Source: a virus (taxonomy: Duplodnaviria; Heunggongvirae; Uroviricota; Caudoviricetes). From it: 64,000 nucleotides of DNA. Below the pieces are notes generated by a model. That model did no database searches. It was not told the origin of the DNA and saw only the letters and a program-made list of their open reading frames with translations. Both the position numbers and the translations under genes were made by a program. Shown here one piece after another: positions 53,630 to 64,000 of this stretch (the first letter of the stretch is position 1; the number at the start of each line of letters is the position of its first letter). The stretch is taken from the IMG/VR virus record IMGVR_UViG_3300037466_002980, positions 128,001-192,000 of that record; one strand, 5' to 3'.

Positions 53630-55078
53630 TTGGATTTCTTTTACGATTCTCAAATAAGACGATATCTTGTTCAATTTATGAGAATTTTCTCTGATATGAA
53701 AATTCGAATTGGACCGGATGCCAATGGACTTTTTTCTATACAGAGAGTTCCAATTTTATATGGTGATCCATCATGGATGGTTTCACAATTAATTAAAGGA
53801 GCAAGTCAAAATACATTGCTTCCTTCTCCAATGTTTAGTGTATGGATTGAAAATATTAAACACGAACCAAAGAGAAGACAAGATCCACAATATGTTGGTA
53901 AGGTTTCTACAGTAGAAAGAAGTTATAATTATCAAACAGATACCTACGGACAGGACCCTGGTGTACGACAAGATGTTGAAAGATACATGCCTGTACCATA
54001 CGATATGTTTTTTAGATTAGATGTATGGACAACAAATACAACCATTAAATTACAAATTTTTGAACAGATTTGTATGATATTTAATCCTTCATTACAACTC
54101 CAACAAAATAGTAATCTTTTAGATTGGACAAGTATTTTTGAGGTTTGGCTAGAAGATGTTATTTGGACAAATAGAAGTATTCCACAAGGTTCCGATGATA
54201 CTCGTGATGTGATGAGCTTTAAATTTAAGATACAAGGATGGATTAATCCTCCAGCCAAATTAAAACGAAGTGGTCTAATCGCAGAAATAGTTACGCAGGT
54301 TTTTAACACCAGTGAAGTCCAGAGTATTCGTGATAGTATCGAAGAAGGTATCGAATACGATCCATTTAGTTGTTTAGATCAAATTCCAATTCAAATTATT
54401 ACAACCGAAGGGGATTATAAGATTTCGGTTGCGAAGGGAAATTCCTCTGATCTAATTACTCTCTTAAACGAAAATGGAGAAATAGATCCAACACTAAGTT
54501 GGCCAGATTTAATCCAAAAATACGGACAGATCACACCTAATATTACAAAAATAAGATTGAAATTAGATCCGAATATTGAGGTAGATACTTCTGATATTAT
54601 TGGAACAATAAGTCAAGATCCTAATCATCAAAACATTTTATTCTTTACACCCGATATAGATACATTACCACCTACGACACTTACACCTATCACAACAATT
54701 ATTGATCCTGTTGAAGTTACACCGGGAAATGGATTACCTGCTGCTACCGCTGGACAACGTTATCTATTAACATCAGCCGACAGTGCGGGTGAAGAACCTG
54801 CAATTCCTCCAAATGTATCAACAAGTCCATGGGGACAGATGCTGATTGCCTATCCAAATGACATTATCGAATATAATGGTATAAATTGGTTTGTTGCTTT
54901 TGATTCAAGAAATTCTATTGGAAAAAATTATGTTATAAATAATGCAAACGGTAGTCAATATATGTTTGACGGTAAAGACTGGACATATACCTATTATGGC
55001 ATGTATAATCCAGGCTACTGGAGAATTGATAATATCATTTCTGCACCAAACGGAACTACAGTTAACAATTACGAATAA
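53630..55078 (+). CDS. Tail completion/sheath stabiliser (T4 gp15-like)
   Basis: FFYDSQIRRY, VPILYG, MPVPY, LQIFEQI-x3-FNP. Confidence 0.8.
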   Translation: MDFFYDSQIRRYLVQFMRIFSDMKIRIGPDANGLFSIQRVPILYGDPSWMVSQLIKGASQNTLLPSPMFSVWIENIKHEPKRRQDPQYVGKVSTVERSYNYQTDTYGQDPGVRQDVERYMPVPYDMFFRLDVWTTNTTIKLQIFEQICMIFNPSLQLQQNSNLLDWTSIFEVWLEDVIWTNRSIPQGSDDTRDVMSFKFKIQGWINPPAKLKRSGLIAEIVTQVFNTSEVQSIRDSIEEGIEYDPFSCLDQIPIQIITTEGDYKISVAKGNSSDLITLLNENGEIDPTLSWPDLIQKYGQITPNITKIRLKLDPNIEVDTSDIIGTISQDPNHQNILFFTPDIDTLPPTTLTPITTIIDPVEVTPGNGLPAATAGQRYLLTSADSAGEEPAIPPNVSTSPWGQMLIAYPNDIIEYNGINWFVAFDSRNSIGKNYVINNANGSQYMFDGKDWTYTYYGMYNPGYWRIDNIISAPNGTTVNNYE

Positions 55079-55082
55079 CTAA

Positions 55083-55535
55083 ATGACCAATTTCAATACT
55101 TCACAAAAAATAGGAGTGGGAACAATTTTTGTTTCGACCAAAACTCAACGCATACTTCTGAATCTTAGAGCACCCCATAAAACACATTCGATGTGTTGGT
55201 CATTATGGGGCGGTATGGTGGAACAAGGTGAACAACCTAAGGAAGCACTTCTCCGAGAATTATCAGAGGAAATGGGATCTATTCCGGATATTGAACGAAT
55301 TTATCCCTTTGATATCTATCATAGCAAGGATAAACATTTTCGATATTATACTTTCGTATGTGTCGTTGAAGAGGAATTTATTCCGGAATTAAATATTGAA
55401 AGTGCTGGTTATGCATGGATTGACTTAGGACAATGGCCAAAACCAATGCATCAAGGGGCTAAAATTAGTTTCTGCAATCTCAAAGCAATTGAAAAGATAA
55501 AATTAATTATCAATCAACATTCGAATTCTCAATAA
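55083..55535 (+). CDS. NUDIX hydrolase
   Basis: GG-x2-E-x-GE-x4-ALLRELSEEMG Nudix box. Confidence 0.92.
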   Translation: MTNFNTSQKIGVGTIFVSTKTQRILLNLRAPHKTHSMCWSLWGGMVEQGEQPKEALLRELSEEMGSIPDIERIYPFDIYHSKDKHFRYYTFVCVVEEEFIPELNIESAGYAWIDLGQWPKPMHQGAKISFCNLKAIEKIKLIINQHSNSQ

Positions 55536-56013
55536 GATATACAGGTTTATCTAATTCTTGCTGAACAAACTTAACCAGATTTGACGGAGTAGCTGATACC
55601 GAAATATCTATTCCAGCTTTTTCGTACACCGCCTGCACATATCTTGCACATTCCCAAAGATTATCATCAATATCTAAATCTAGAAAAGACTCAATTGCTT
55701 GTATCTGAGAATATTTTTCACCGATTATAGACATTGCATATTCTTCGATATCAGGTGTCCAATTAATTTCCATCGGAACATGATAAAAGTCTCCTAATTT
55801 AGATAAAGGAAAAATTCTCACTAACGGAACCACAGCTTCCAAACAAAATACTCGTCCACCGGTTACCCATGCTATTCCAACATGCGAATATTCTGATTTT
55901 GTAAAAATTCTAACTGCTTGAACTTTTATATCGTGCCAAGATTTCCAACCAGCATGAGAGAATGCTAGGAGATCACCAGATTTGATATTAGTTCGTATAT
56001 CAGAATATTTCAT
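55510..56013 (-). CDS. Permuted papain-like (NlpC/P60, YiiX/YebB-like) protein
   Basis: IKSGDLL, SEYSHVGI, LEA, downstream ECA-x-YV, TP. Confidence 0.75.
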   Translation of the reverse strand: MKYSDIRTNIKSGDLLAFSHAGWKSWHDIKVQAVRIFTKSEYSHVGIAWVTGGRVFCLEAVVPLVRIFPLSKLGDFYHVPMEINWTPDIEEYAMSIIGEKYSQIQAIESFLDLDIDDNLWECARYVQAVYEKAGIDISVSATPSNLVKFVQQELDKPVYLIENSNVD

Positions 56014-56906
56014 TACTGTTTAGGAACCCACAATCCACCACCGGACGCTGTAGCACCGAATCCAAAATTAACGTAATTGGTCCCCGAATATGAAAATTCA
56101 TCAAGAAGTGTAGCTGATGAAACAGAGGATAATTTAATATCATATGCTGTTCCGGCAAAAACACTATTAAAACTCATTCCGGCAGAATAAAGTGCTATAT
56201 ATTGATTTTCAGAAGCATCTCTATACAAACCACTTCCTGCACCTTGTGGTCCACCAACATTTAATATTGGACCCAAATTGGTTATCGCTGCAGATACAGT
56301 GGTATCGCCCGATGATGTTTGATTTTTAGCTCTCGAGATAAACCAAGATGAAGTGTTGGCCAATGAAAACCACGGAGCCGATTGTCCGGCGGCCTGTGAA
56401 AACATTGCATAGCAAGGATATCCAGAAGGAATGGCAGCATCTCGGGTAGTTTCGATAGTTGAACCTGTAAATCCTCGAAAACTACCAGTGGTGGTCCAAG
56501 AAATCATAATAATATTCTTTGCTGTGGCATAGATATAAAAATAACCACCATTGGTTGCATCCCATGAACCGGATCCTGTGGTACATGCATTGGTTCCAGC
56601 ATGAGTACTTGCATTCCATGTTTCAGCAATAAAGCATAAGAAGGTAGAAATACCGTTTAATTGTATGCCCCAATATTTATATGTAACTCCATCCTGTGCT
56701 AAAGTACGTAGCATCTGCCAATTTGTTCCTGCAGAGGCATCCCAAACTGACCAACCAGCAGCAACCGTTGAAGTAATAGAAGTATTAGACTGAACACAAG
56801 ATGCACTAAGACTGGCAACGTTTGTTGTACCAGTTAAAATAGATATAATATCTGATAACACCTGTGCCTGCGTTGATCCAGCTTTGTAATTATAAACAGC
56901 ATACAT
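56013..56906 (-). CDS. Virion structural protein (paralog of 57197-58096)
   Basis: Identical N-terminus MYAVYNYKAGSTQAQVLSDI and shared GLWVPK end. Confidence 0.65.
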   Translation of the reverse strand: MYAVYNYKAGSTQAQVLSDIISILTGTTNVASLSASCVQSNTSITSTVAAGWSVWDASAGTNWQMLRTLAQDGVTYKYWGIQLNGISTFLCFIAETWNASTHAGTNACTTGSGSWDATNGGYFYIYATAKNIIMISWTTTGSFRGFTGSTIETTRDAAIPSGYPCYAMFSQAAGQSAPWFSLANTSSWFISRAKNQTSSGDTTVSAAITNLGPILNVGGPQGAGSGLYRDASENQYIALYSAGMSFNSVFAGTAYDIKLSSVSSATLLDEFSYSGTNYVNFGFGATASGGGLWVPKQ

Positions 56907-56921
56907 AATTTAAATCCTTAA

Positions 56922-57200
56922 TTAGAACGATGTTATCGATCCCCAAATAAACTGAGAATTAGATGATACAGTCGTACCTCCCTTAGCTGGACCAAATGTA
57001 CCACCATTAAATCCGCTATTTAATATTGATGTAATGGCAGTTGATTGAATGATAGTTCCACCAAGAGAATCGCCAGCTTGAAATCGTTGACGATATGTAT
57101 TAAATGATATTAATGTACCACTTACTGTCAAATTAATTCCAGTAGATTCTCTGGGTCCTGCCGCGGGTTGAACTGTAGTGGTGTAAACAAGAACTGTCAT
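56922..57200 (-). CDS. Hypothetical structural protein
   Basis: Thr/Gly/Ser-rich, in the structural operon. Confidence 0.55.
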   Translation of the reverse strand: MTVLVYTTTVQPAAGPRESTGINLTVSGTLISFNTYRQRFQAGDSLGGTIIQSTAITSILNSGFNGGTFGPAKGGTTVSSNSQFIWGSITSF

Positions 57201-58096
57201 TTCTTAGGTACCCAAAGTCCGGAAGAGGCTGTTGTAACACCATTTCCAAAATTTACATAATTAACACCACTAATTACAATTTCATCTAAAATATTAACTC
57301 CGGAAAGAATAGTAACTGCTTTTAAATCATAACCAGAACCTAACCATGTGCCGTTATACACAGCACCGGTGCTATTCATAGCTACATATTGAGTTTCAGA
57401 CGCATCTCTATAATATCCACCACCTACCGAAGTCGCATTACCTACTGCTGTCACAACTCCATATCCCATAGACGATGCAGTCGAAGATGTAAGAGTATCG
57501 CCGGTTGTTGAAACATTCTTAACTCTTGGAATTTGCATACCAGATGTAGATCCAAGAAGAGATAAATTAATACCAATACCGGTTCCGAGTGTGTCTAAAA
57601 TCCAACATGGATATGTAGATGGTATTGTATCTCTTGTAATTTCAAATAAGGAACCAGTAAGGCCTTTATATCCAGTGGCCGATAACCATGATAAGAATAC
57701 AATATTTTTCGGAGTGGCATAGATATAAAAGAATCCACCATTGGTTGCATCCCAGGCCCCCGTTGATGAAGTACATGTATTGGTTCCGACGTGAGTACTA
57801 CTATTAAAACTTTCATATGCCGTCATTGTGAACGCTGTGGTTGTAGTCATCTGAACGCCCCAATATTTAAACGTGGTAGCGTCTTGATTGAGTACTCTTA
57901 AAACTTGCTGGTTGGTACCGGCAGAAGCATCATATACTGACCAACCAGCTGCTTCTGTTGAAACAATAGAGGAGTTGACTTGAACACAAGATGCACTAAG
58001 TGAAGATACTAACGTAGTTCCTGTAAGGATAGCTACAATATCTGATAACACCTGTGCTTGTGTTGATCCTGCCTTATAATTATAAACAGCATACAT
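57197..58096 (-). CDS. Virion structural protein (paralog of 56013-56906)
   Basis: Shares termini and internal motifs with 56013-56906. Confidence 0.65.
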   Translation of the reverse strand: MYAVYNYKAGSTQAQVLSDIVAILTGTTLVSSLSASCVQVNSSIVSTEAAGWSVYDASAGTNQQVLRVLNQDATTFKYWGVQMTTTTAFTMTAYESFNSSTHVGTNTCTSSTGAWDATNGGFFYIYATPKNIVFLSWLSATGYKGLTGSLFEITRDTIPSTYPCWILDTLGTGIGINLSLLGSTSGMQIPRVKNVSTTGDTLTSSTASSMGYGVVTAVGNATSVGGGYYRDASETQYVAMNSTGAVYNGTWLGSGYDLKAVTILSGVNILDEIVISGVNYVNFGNGVTTASSGLWVPKK

Positions 58097-58102
58097 GATA
58101 TA

Positions 58103-58291
58103 TTATGTTCCACCTATATTAATTTCAGTTAATCCGTTAATTGTTCCATCAACTTCAATATAACCGTTATTATGAATAATTACATTTCTAAATTCAGTAT
58201 CAAATGTAATATCCATCGATGTTACGCGATTACAAAAATCATGAAAACTTTCACCTTCGTTTTGTTGAATTTTATATGCTCTAATTGTCAT
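58103..58291 (-). CDS. Hypothetical protein
   Basis: AAGGA SD, in operon. Confidence 0.55.
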   Translation of the reverse strand: MTIRAYKIQQNEGESFHDFCNRVTSMDITFDTEFRNVIIHNNGYIEVDGTINGLTEINIGGT

Positions 58292-58301
58292 GATATATTC
58301 C

Positions 58302-58631
58302 TTAAATCATTATTTCTACACTAAATCCAGCATTATTGGTACTTGACCCCGATATTCCTGCTGTAAAATAATCCGTTGATACAACAGATAATGATAAGCC
58401 GGTTGTCGATCCGGTAGATTGTCCCGCTAATATGGTAACTGTAGTAAATGAAACTCCATTTTTATATAAGGTAATTGTTGTATTCACAGAGACCGCACCG
58501 GCAGCCCATGCATAGATAGCACTAAGAAGACCTGTTGCATTTGGATAAATCGGCAATCCGGTATTAACTGTTCCAGAAACTCCAGGGAATACACCAAGAA
58601 ATGTTACCTTTCTGTTTACATTATATGTCAT
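58302..58631 (-). CDS. Small beta-rich structural protein
   Basis: ATGA overlap at MTYNV. Confidence 0.55.
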   Translation of the reverse strand: MTYNVNRKVTFLGVFPGVSGTVNTGLPIYPNATGLLSAIYAWAAGAVSVNTTITLYKNGVSFTTVTILAGQSTGSTTGLSLSVVSTDYFTAGISGSSTNNAGFSVEIMI

Positions 58632-59881
58632 ACAATACTCCAATAACCTAATTGGTTACTATATACAAATGAATAGGATGGTCTTGATGTTGAAGAAGTA
58701 ACAACAGTAGAAGAACCATCGATTGTCTTACCATTGCCATCGATTGTCATTGTGTTTGCATCGGTTGTTATTTTTTTAATTGTATGAAATTCTCCATCCA
58801 CCGGAGAAGCTGGAAATCTAACTGTTGTATTTCCACCGCTTGTATCAACTGAATAGAAAGCACTTGTTGAAGATATAGTTGTTCCGCCGACACTATATGT
58901 TATAGCAGTTCCTACTGATATAGGAGTTCCACTCGTTGTTGCAATTGTTACATTTTTGGTGGTATTATCGGTTGTAATAGTAACATTGTTTCCTGCTACC
59001 AACGTTAATGTTTGAGTAGTAGAAGCTGCCGTTACTGTTGTTTGGCCAGATACAGCTATTGATGAAAAGAGATTTTGATCACCGGTATTTGTACCCGATA
59101 GGTTCGAACCGGTAACTGTTCCGGTTGCTGCCACCGAAGTAGGTGTAATATTTCCCAATGTTAATGTTATTGCTGGCGTAGTTGTTGGGTTTGATACTGT
59201 TCCCGAAACACCATTAGCTGTAGTAACAGAAACACTAGTAACCGTTCCTCCTCCACCATTTGATGCACTTGTGATCCTACCTTTTGAATCAATTGTGATA
59301 TTCGCATTTGTATAGGATCCAGCAACTACAGCAGTATTCGCTAAGGTTGTTACAAAACTTCCCGTACCTGTGCCCGTTACATCACCAGTTAAAGTAATAG
59401 TTTGATCACCAGTATTTGTACCAGATAGATTTGAACCAGTAACTGTTCCGGTGGCAGCAACAGAGGTTGGTGTTATATTGCCAAGGGTTAATGTTATTGC
59501 TGGCGTGGTTGTTGGGTTAGCTACTGATCCTGAAACTCCATTTGCAGTGGTAACAGAAACATTAGTTACTGTTCCTCCACTACCTATACCGCTTGACGCA
59601 CTTGTAATTCTGCCTTTTGAATCAATTGTGATATTTGCAGATGTGTAAACACCGGGTGTAACACTCGTATCAGATAATGTCGCTGCAAAACTTCCTGTTC
59701 CGGATCCAGTAACATCACCGGTTAAAGTAATAGTCTGATCTCCGGTATTTGTTCCAGTCAAATTCGAACCGCTAACTGTTCCAGTTGCGGTTATTGTTCC
59801 ACGTACATCGAGCGAAACGTCTGTTCCATCTTGCCTGGATATTTCGACTATGCCGTCTTGCGAGGATACCTTATATGACAT
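58628..59881 (-). CDS. Tail fibre-like protein
   Basis: Repeated NLSGTNTGDQTITLTGDVTG and GSYTxANITIDSKGRITSA. Confidence 0.75.
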   Translation of the reverse strand: MSYKVSSQDGIVEISRQDGTDVSLDVRGTITATGTVSGSNLTGTNTGDQTITLTGDVTGSGTGSFAATLSDTSVTPGVYTSANITIDSKGRITSASSGIGSGGTVTNVSVTTANGVSGSVANPTTTPAITLTLGNITPTSVAATGTVTGSNLSGTNTGDQTITLTGDVTGTGTGSFVTTLANTAVVAGSYTNANITIDSKGRITSASNGGGGTVTSVSVTTANGVSGTVSNPTTTPAITLTLGNITPTSVAATGTVTGSNLSGTNTGDQNLFSSIAVSGQTTVTAASTTQTLTLVAGNNVTITTDNTTKNVTIATTSGTPISVGTAITYSVGGTTISSTSAFYSVDTSGGNTTVRFPASPVDGEFHTIKKITTDANTMTIDGNGKTIDGSSTVVTSSTSRPSYSFVYSNQLGYWSIV

Positions 59882-59920
59882 AATTTTGTTTTATTTTATA
59901 TTTATATAGAAAATCCATTA

Positions 59921-61729
59921 TTAAATAGTTGTACTAAACAATCCACCTGTACCAGTGACACCACCTGTTCCAAGAGTTGTGCCGTTCTCTAGCAAGAAGG
60001 ATAGTTCACGAACATTATATGCTGATCCGGTAATAGTTCCCGAACTTAGCGACATATAATTTTCAACAAAACTATTTCCTTCTACATAGAAAATATAATT
60101 CCCACCACTACAAGTACATGGTTGGGAAAATGTTATACCACCCTGCATACGAACATGTGACTGTCCATAAACCGCTACCAATCCGTCGATTGTTGAGATG
60201 TTAATAGTTGGACTAAACACATCCAACATAGCGTTGTTTAAAACAGAAAAAACGGTAGCACCAGTGCCTGTAAAGGTACACCCAGTTGTTTTAAGGTAGA
60301 CTCCGGGGCCGTCAGCTAAGATTATGTTTCCGCCGGTATTATTAAGTGTAATGCCTTGAATAGATGTAGGAGTGCTACCAGCGTATGAGCTAAACTGACC
60401 ATTGATGATTGTTGATAGCGTTCCGGTAATGATAAGTTCTGAATTAGCACTTGCTCCTACAGCAACTGGAACGGTTACGCTTTCGTTGTAAGTTCCGTTT
60501 CCGATACTGACAGTAACTCCCCATCCGTTGAAGTCAAGTCTTGAAACTATTAACATCGCGTGTGAGATTGTTAAGAATGCACCAGCAGAACTATTTGTCA
60601 GACCATTATTTGAATCAGAACCATCGGTGCGCACGTAATATGTTCTGGCAGCGGTTAATATTTCTCTGCCACCGGTTGCTCCGTTGAAACTCGAAGATGC
60701 ATCAAGTGTTCCTGTTATCGTACCTGGCATTGTAACAGGTGAATAGAGAGAAGAGCCACGAATGAGAGTATATGCTGTACCTGTTGGTGATCCCGAGGTT
60801 GTCACGTTGAAGCTGACCATCGAAAGGTCACTAGCTTCGATCAAGGCTACACTGAAGTTGTTCGTTCCCGAGAACACAATGTTACCTGTGATTTCGGCTC
60901 TAGAAGCATTAGAAAGCTCCAACCACGAGTGAGGAGTGCTAAATGCATTGCTTTGAATCGTTATGTTCGAGATAACACCCAGTGATCCGTCAAACAGTTG
61001 AACGGCAGTACCATTAGTAGGAAGATTGAAAATAACAGAATCGCACTCAAAGATTGATCCATCGTACGCTGCGATTGCAACACTCGAAGCATTAATTTGT
61101 AAGTTGTAAATCGCCCAAACGTTTGAGAAATATAAGTTGAATCCACCATTAATAACAACGTTCGACGGAGTGACATTGTTACCTTGAATTGAAACATTAA
61201 ACCAATCTTGACCTGTACAGAGTACCTGATTTAATTCGTTGGTTTCGGTATATGTTCCATCGGCGAGTTGGATGGTAACTGTAGCAAGAGATCCAATTGT
61301 TAATGTGTAAACAGTGGTAATTGCTTTATTAATTGTTGCAAAAGGCGTTGCAGGAGATAAACCATTATTGGAATCACTTCCACTTGGGTCGACATAATAG
61401 GTAACGTTAGTTTCAAGTTGTCCTCCGCCTCCGGTTCCGTTTGCTGCACTTGTAATTCGTCCTTTAGCATCAACTGTGATGTTAGCTGAAGTATATGAGC
61501 CTGCAGTAACTCCACTCGATGAAAGTATTGTTGCGAAACTTCCTGTACCTGACCCGGTTACATCACCGGTTAATGTAATAGTCTGATCTCCAGTGTTGGT
61601 GCCAGTTAAATTGGAACCAACAATTGTGCCAGTTGCATTAATAGATCCTTCAACATCAACTAAAATACCTGTTCCATCAGATTTTGCAAATATTAAAGAT
61701 CCGTCTTGAACTACAATTTTATGCGCCAT
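59921..61729 (-). CDS. Tail fibre/spike with two pectin-lyase-like beta-helix units
   Basis: Same shaft repeat, then YYV-x3-GSDSNNGL...TI-x2-A...GTY-x-E twice. Confidence 0.75.
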   Translation of the reverse strand: MAHKIVVQDGSLIFAKSDGTGILVDVEGSINATGTIVGSNLTGTNTGDQTITLTGDVTGSGTGSFATILSSSGVTAGSYTSANITVDAKGRITSAANGTGGGGQLETNVTYYVDPSGSDSNNGLSPATPFATINKAITTVYTLTIGSLATVTIQLADGTYTETNELNQVLCTGQDWFNVSIQGNNVTPSNVVINGGFNLYFSNVWAIYNLQINASSVAIAAYDGSIFECDSVIFNLPTNGTAVQLFDGSLGVISNITIQSNAFSTPHSWLELSNASRAEITGNIVFSGTNNFSVALIEASDLSMVSFNVTTSGSPTGTAYTLIRGSSLYSPVTMPGTITGTLDASSSFNGATGGREILTAARTYYVRTDGSDSNNGLTNSSAGAFLTISHAMLIVSRLDFNGWGVTVSIGNGTYNESVTVPVAVGASANSELIITGTLSTIINGQFSSYAGSTPTSIQGITLNNTGGNIILADGPGVYLKTTGCTFTGTGATVFSVLNNAMLDVFSPTINISTIDGLVAVYGQSHVRMQGGITFSQPCTCSGGNYIFYVEGNSFVENYMSLSSGTITGSAYNVRELSFLLENGTTLGTGGVTGTGGLFSTTI

Positions 61730-61798
61730 ACCTTTCCTATCAATTTCTTATATTTATCAAGAAATTGTCATTAAAAACAAATTGGAAAGTTTTTCAAT

Positions 61799-61823
61799 AA
61801 AAAAGGCCCGAATAAATCGGGCC
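61799..61823 (-). terminator. Terminator after the major capsid gene
   Basis: GGCCCGA-TTTAT-TCGGGCC-TTTTTT. Confidence 0.85.
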
Positions 61824-61852
61824 CCAAACCTACTAAAAGTTCTAACTAAGGA

Positions 61853-63025
61853 TTAATAGAACTTCAATGTTGCGCTATTGATACCAACTTTCGAAAGGTA
61901 GTCAGCTGCGTTACCGAACGAGTTAGCGGTATTGGTAAGTTCCAAGTATCCGTAACGTGTCATAAATGAAACAACTGGTTCGAAAGTCTGTGGATCCATA
62001 ACAGGACCAACGCTCATTAATGGAATGTATGGGCAGTAGTAAGCTGCTGCGTCTGTTTCTGTTGGTCCTTTGTAACCAATAAGGACTGGATCTCCATCGC
62101 TTGCGTATTGGTTAACGTAAACACGCATGGTGCTATTGAGTGTACCGACAAATTTTGTATTTGTTGGTGCTTCAAATGTACCTTCTGTGGTACGAGCAAA
62201 ACTCGATGTTGTAGCAGACTGAAGAATTGTTAATGCTGTTGGCGAAACAACTGCCCAGTTAGCTGCACCACGACGTGTACGTGCTGCGATAAGGTTAGCT
62301 TGTTGGTTGATCATAACTGCAAGAGCGGCCATTTCATCACCAACGTATGTTGCTGTACCAGAAACAGCGGCTTGGTCAAATGTTGTTGGAGCAACAGGGA
62401 CTAAACTACCGAGCTTGAAAAGCATTTCCTGGTCAATTTCAACTGTAATTTCTTGTGCAAGTGCTTGCATAATTTCTGCTTCGATGTCAATACCATGAAT
62501 AGCGTTAGCATCTTGTGCAGCTTCGAAAGTCCAACGTGCCGATAGCTTACGTGTTTTAGCTTCGACAGTTTCCTTTAGAATCTGAATGCTTAACTTGTTA
62601 CCTGGTACGCCTTCTAATCTAGCTGTGCTTGCGGCAGCTGGATCAGCAGCATTTTCGTTACCCGAATATGCTTTAGCAATATCAAATGGACTCAATGCTT
62701 CAGTACCTGCTGTAATTCCAGCGGCAGTATTAGCATAACGAACACGCAATGTATGGATCTGTCCAACAGGTCCTGTCATTGGCTGAACACCCATGATTTC
62801 ATTTGCAATGACGGTTGGCATAACACGTCGAATTAGCGGTAACATAACTTTGTTAAGTACAGCGATATTACCTGCTTGTGTAGCTCCTGCGGTAGCCGAT
62901 TCAGCTAAGTATTTACGAGTGTTTTCAAACACTACGTCCATGCTTTGACGGCGGGTTCCCGAAAGGCCTTCTAGAAGGGCTTCTTTAGTAGCGGCCCAGT
63001 TTGATTCAAATAGCTTAGTTGCCAT
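61853..63025 (-). CDS. Major capsid protein (T4 gp23-like)
   Basis: LIRRVMP, GVQPMTGP, VEAKTRKL-x-ARWT-x-E-x-AQD, EI-x2-EID-x-E, YCPYIPL, TRYG. Confidence 0.97.
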   Translation of the reverse strand: MATKLFESNWAATKEALLEGLSGTRRQSMDVVFENTRKYLAESATAGATQAGNIAVLNKVMLPLIRRVMPTVIANEIMGVQPMTGPVGQIHTLRVRYANTAAGITAGTEALSPFDIAKAYSGNENAADPAAASTARLEGVPGNKLSIQILKETVEAKTRKLSARWTFEAAQDANAIHGIDIEAEIMQALAQEITVEIDQEMLFKLGSLVPVAPTTFDQAAVSGTATYVGDEMAALAVMINQQANLIAARTRRGAANWAVVSPTALTILQSATTSSFARTTEGTFEAPTNTKFVGTLNSTMRVYVNQYASDGDPVLIGYKGPTETDAAAYYCPYIPLMSVGPVMDPQTFEPVVSFMTRYGYLELTNTANSFGNAADYLSKVGINSATLKFY

Positions 63026-63041
63026 TATTAATTCTCCTAAA

Positions 63042-64000
63042 TTACTTTCTAATTCCGGCTAAGGATAAAATTTTCTGAAGATCAACGACTTCTTCCTGAT
63101 CTTCGCTTCGAGTGTTATCCACTCTATTACCTGTTCTTTCAGACAATGTTGCTTCGTTCAACTGTGGTTTTTGTGTCACAGGTTTACGTTCGATTGCTTC
63201 ATTAAGAACGCTTGGTAGATACTTGTTATATGCTACCTGTAAATTCTTTGTCTGAACTGATTCAAGCAATTCTTTCATCACTGCCTTCTTGTCTTTAGAC
63301 AATGGGGCGAGTAATTCGTTCATGGCTTTTTCTCTTTCTACGAGGTCCTGTGTAACCTTAAGTTTAGTATCAAGACTTTCCATTACGCTTCTTGACTTCT
63401 TAACTGATTCGTTAAGATTTTTCAATTCAGCTTCTTTCTGTTCTAATACTTTCTGAAGTTTTCTAATTTCAGTACCTTCGTTTAAATACGAAGCCATAAA
63501 TTCACCAGCGTAAGCTTCAAACATCTTACGACCGAATTCGTTTTCACGGGCAATACGAATATCATCCTTGAATTGTCCAATTTCAGTACGTAATGCTTTT
63601 TCGATGTTGGCTTCAACAATCTGAGCTGCACGCTTGATAAATTGTGTCTTTGTTTCTTGTAGTTTCTGTTTACCTTCAGTAACCATCTTGACTTTCTGTT
63701 CTGCGAGAGATTTCTTGTCTTCGCGGAAATCACGAATTTCTTCAGCAAGTTGTTTCAAAAGGAAGTTTTCAAGTTTCTTAAAATTTTCCTTCATTAACTT
63801 CTTTTCGCCATGAAATTCTTTCATTTCCTTTGCGACGGCTTCTGTGATGAACTTGTTTAACATTCCTGTGTGTTCAAGTAGCCTATTCTTATAAGCAACT
63901 TTTTCTTCGACAAGTTTCCTCTTGTCTTCGGCGAATTCTTCGAGTTCGACGCGAACTTTATCTGTTAAGAAACGATCCATGGACTGGACGAGAACTCCCT
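63042..64000 (-). CDS. Prohead core scaffold protein (gp22-like), 5' end outside the window
   Basis: Glu/Lys-rich coiled coil, FGRKMFEA, ends LAGI; directly upstream of the capsid gene. Confidence 0.8.
   Translation of the reverse strand, partial: GVLVQSMDRFLTDKVRVELEEFAEDKRKLVEEKVAYKNRLLEHTGMLNKFITEAVAKEMKEFHGEKKLMKENFKKLENFLLKQLAEEIRDFREDKKSLAEQKVKMVTEGKQKLQETKTQFIKRAAQIVEANIEKALRTEIGQFKDDIRIARENEFGRKMFEAYAGEFMASYLNEGTEIRKLQKVLEQKEAELKNLNESVKKSRSVMESLDTKLKVTQDLVEREKAMNELLAPLSKDKKAVMKELLESVQTKNLQVAYNKYLPSVLNEAIERKPVTQKPQLNEATLSERTGNRVDNTRSEDQEEVVDLQKILSLAGIRK

Overview
This AT-rich 64 kb window comes from a large T4-superfamily (jumbo-type) myophage. The right end holds core morphogenesis genes: a gp23-like major capsid protein, a gp22-like scaffold, gp14/gp15-like neck and tail-completion proteins, and fibre genes. 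Most of the window (about 0.5-51 kb, minus strand) is a translation-support island. It carries 46 tRNA genes covering all 20 amino acids, a permuted two-piece tmRNA with an ORF in its intervening segment, and an RF1-type release factor interrupted by an in-frame UGA. It also has two Pth2-like hydrolases, an RNA ligase, NADAR, a TROVE-like vWA (DUF2828-type) protein, a GOLLD-like RNA, a second large structured RNA and many tRNA-like RNAs. Two things stand out. (1) The tRNA array starts with a sigma70 promoter and an unannotated 49-codon leader ORF that uses all 20 amino acids in its first 35 codons. This leader is coupled to mutually exclusive antiterminator and terminator hairpins, making it a candidate attenuator that senses shortage of any aminoacyl-tRNA. 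(2) A dispersed family of eight 'CAGCA-stem' RNA modules is present. Two sit in the leader of the TROVE-like gene and the others are fused to tRNA parts in both permuted (YrlA-like) and unpermuted topology. All calls were made by eye; no database searches or folding programs were run.
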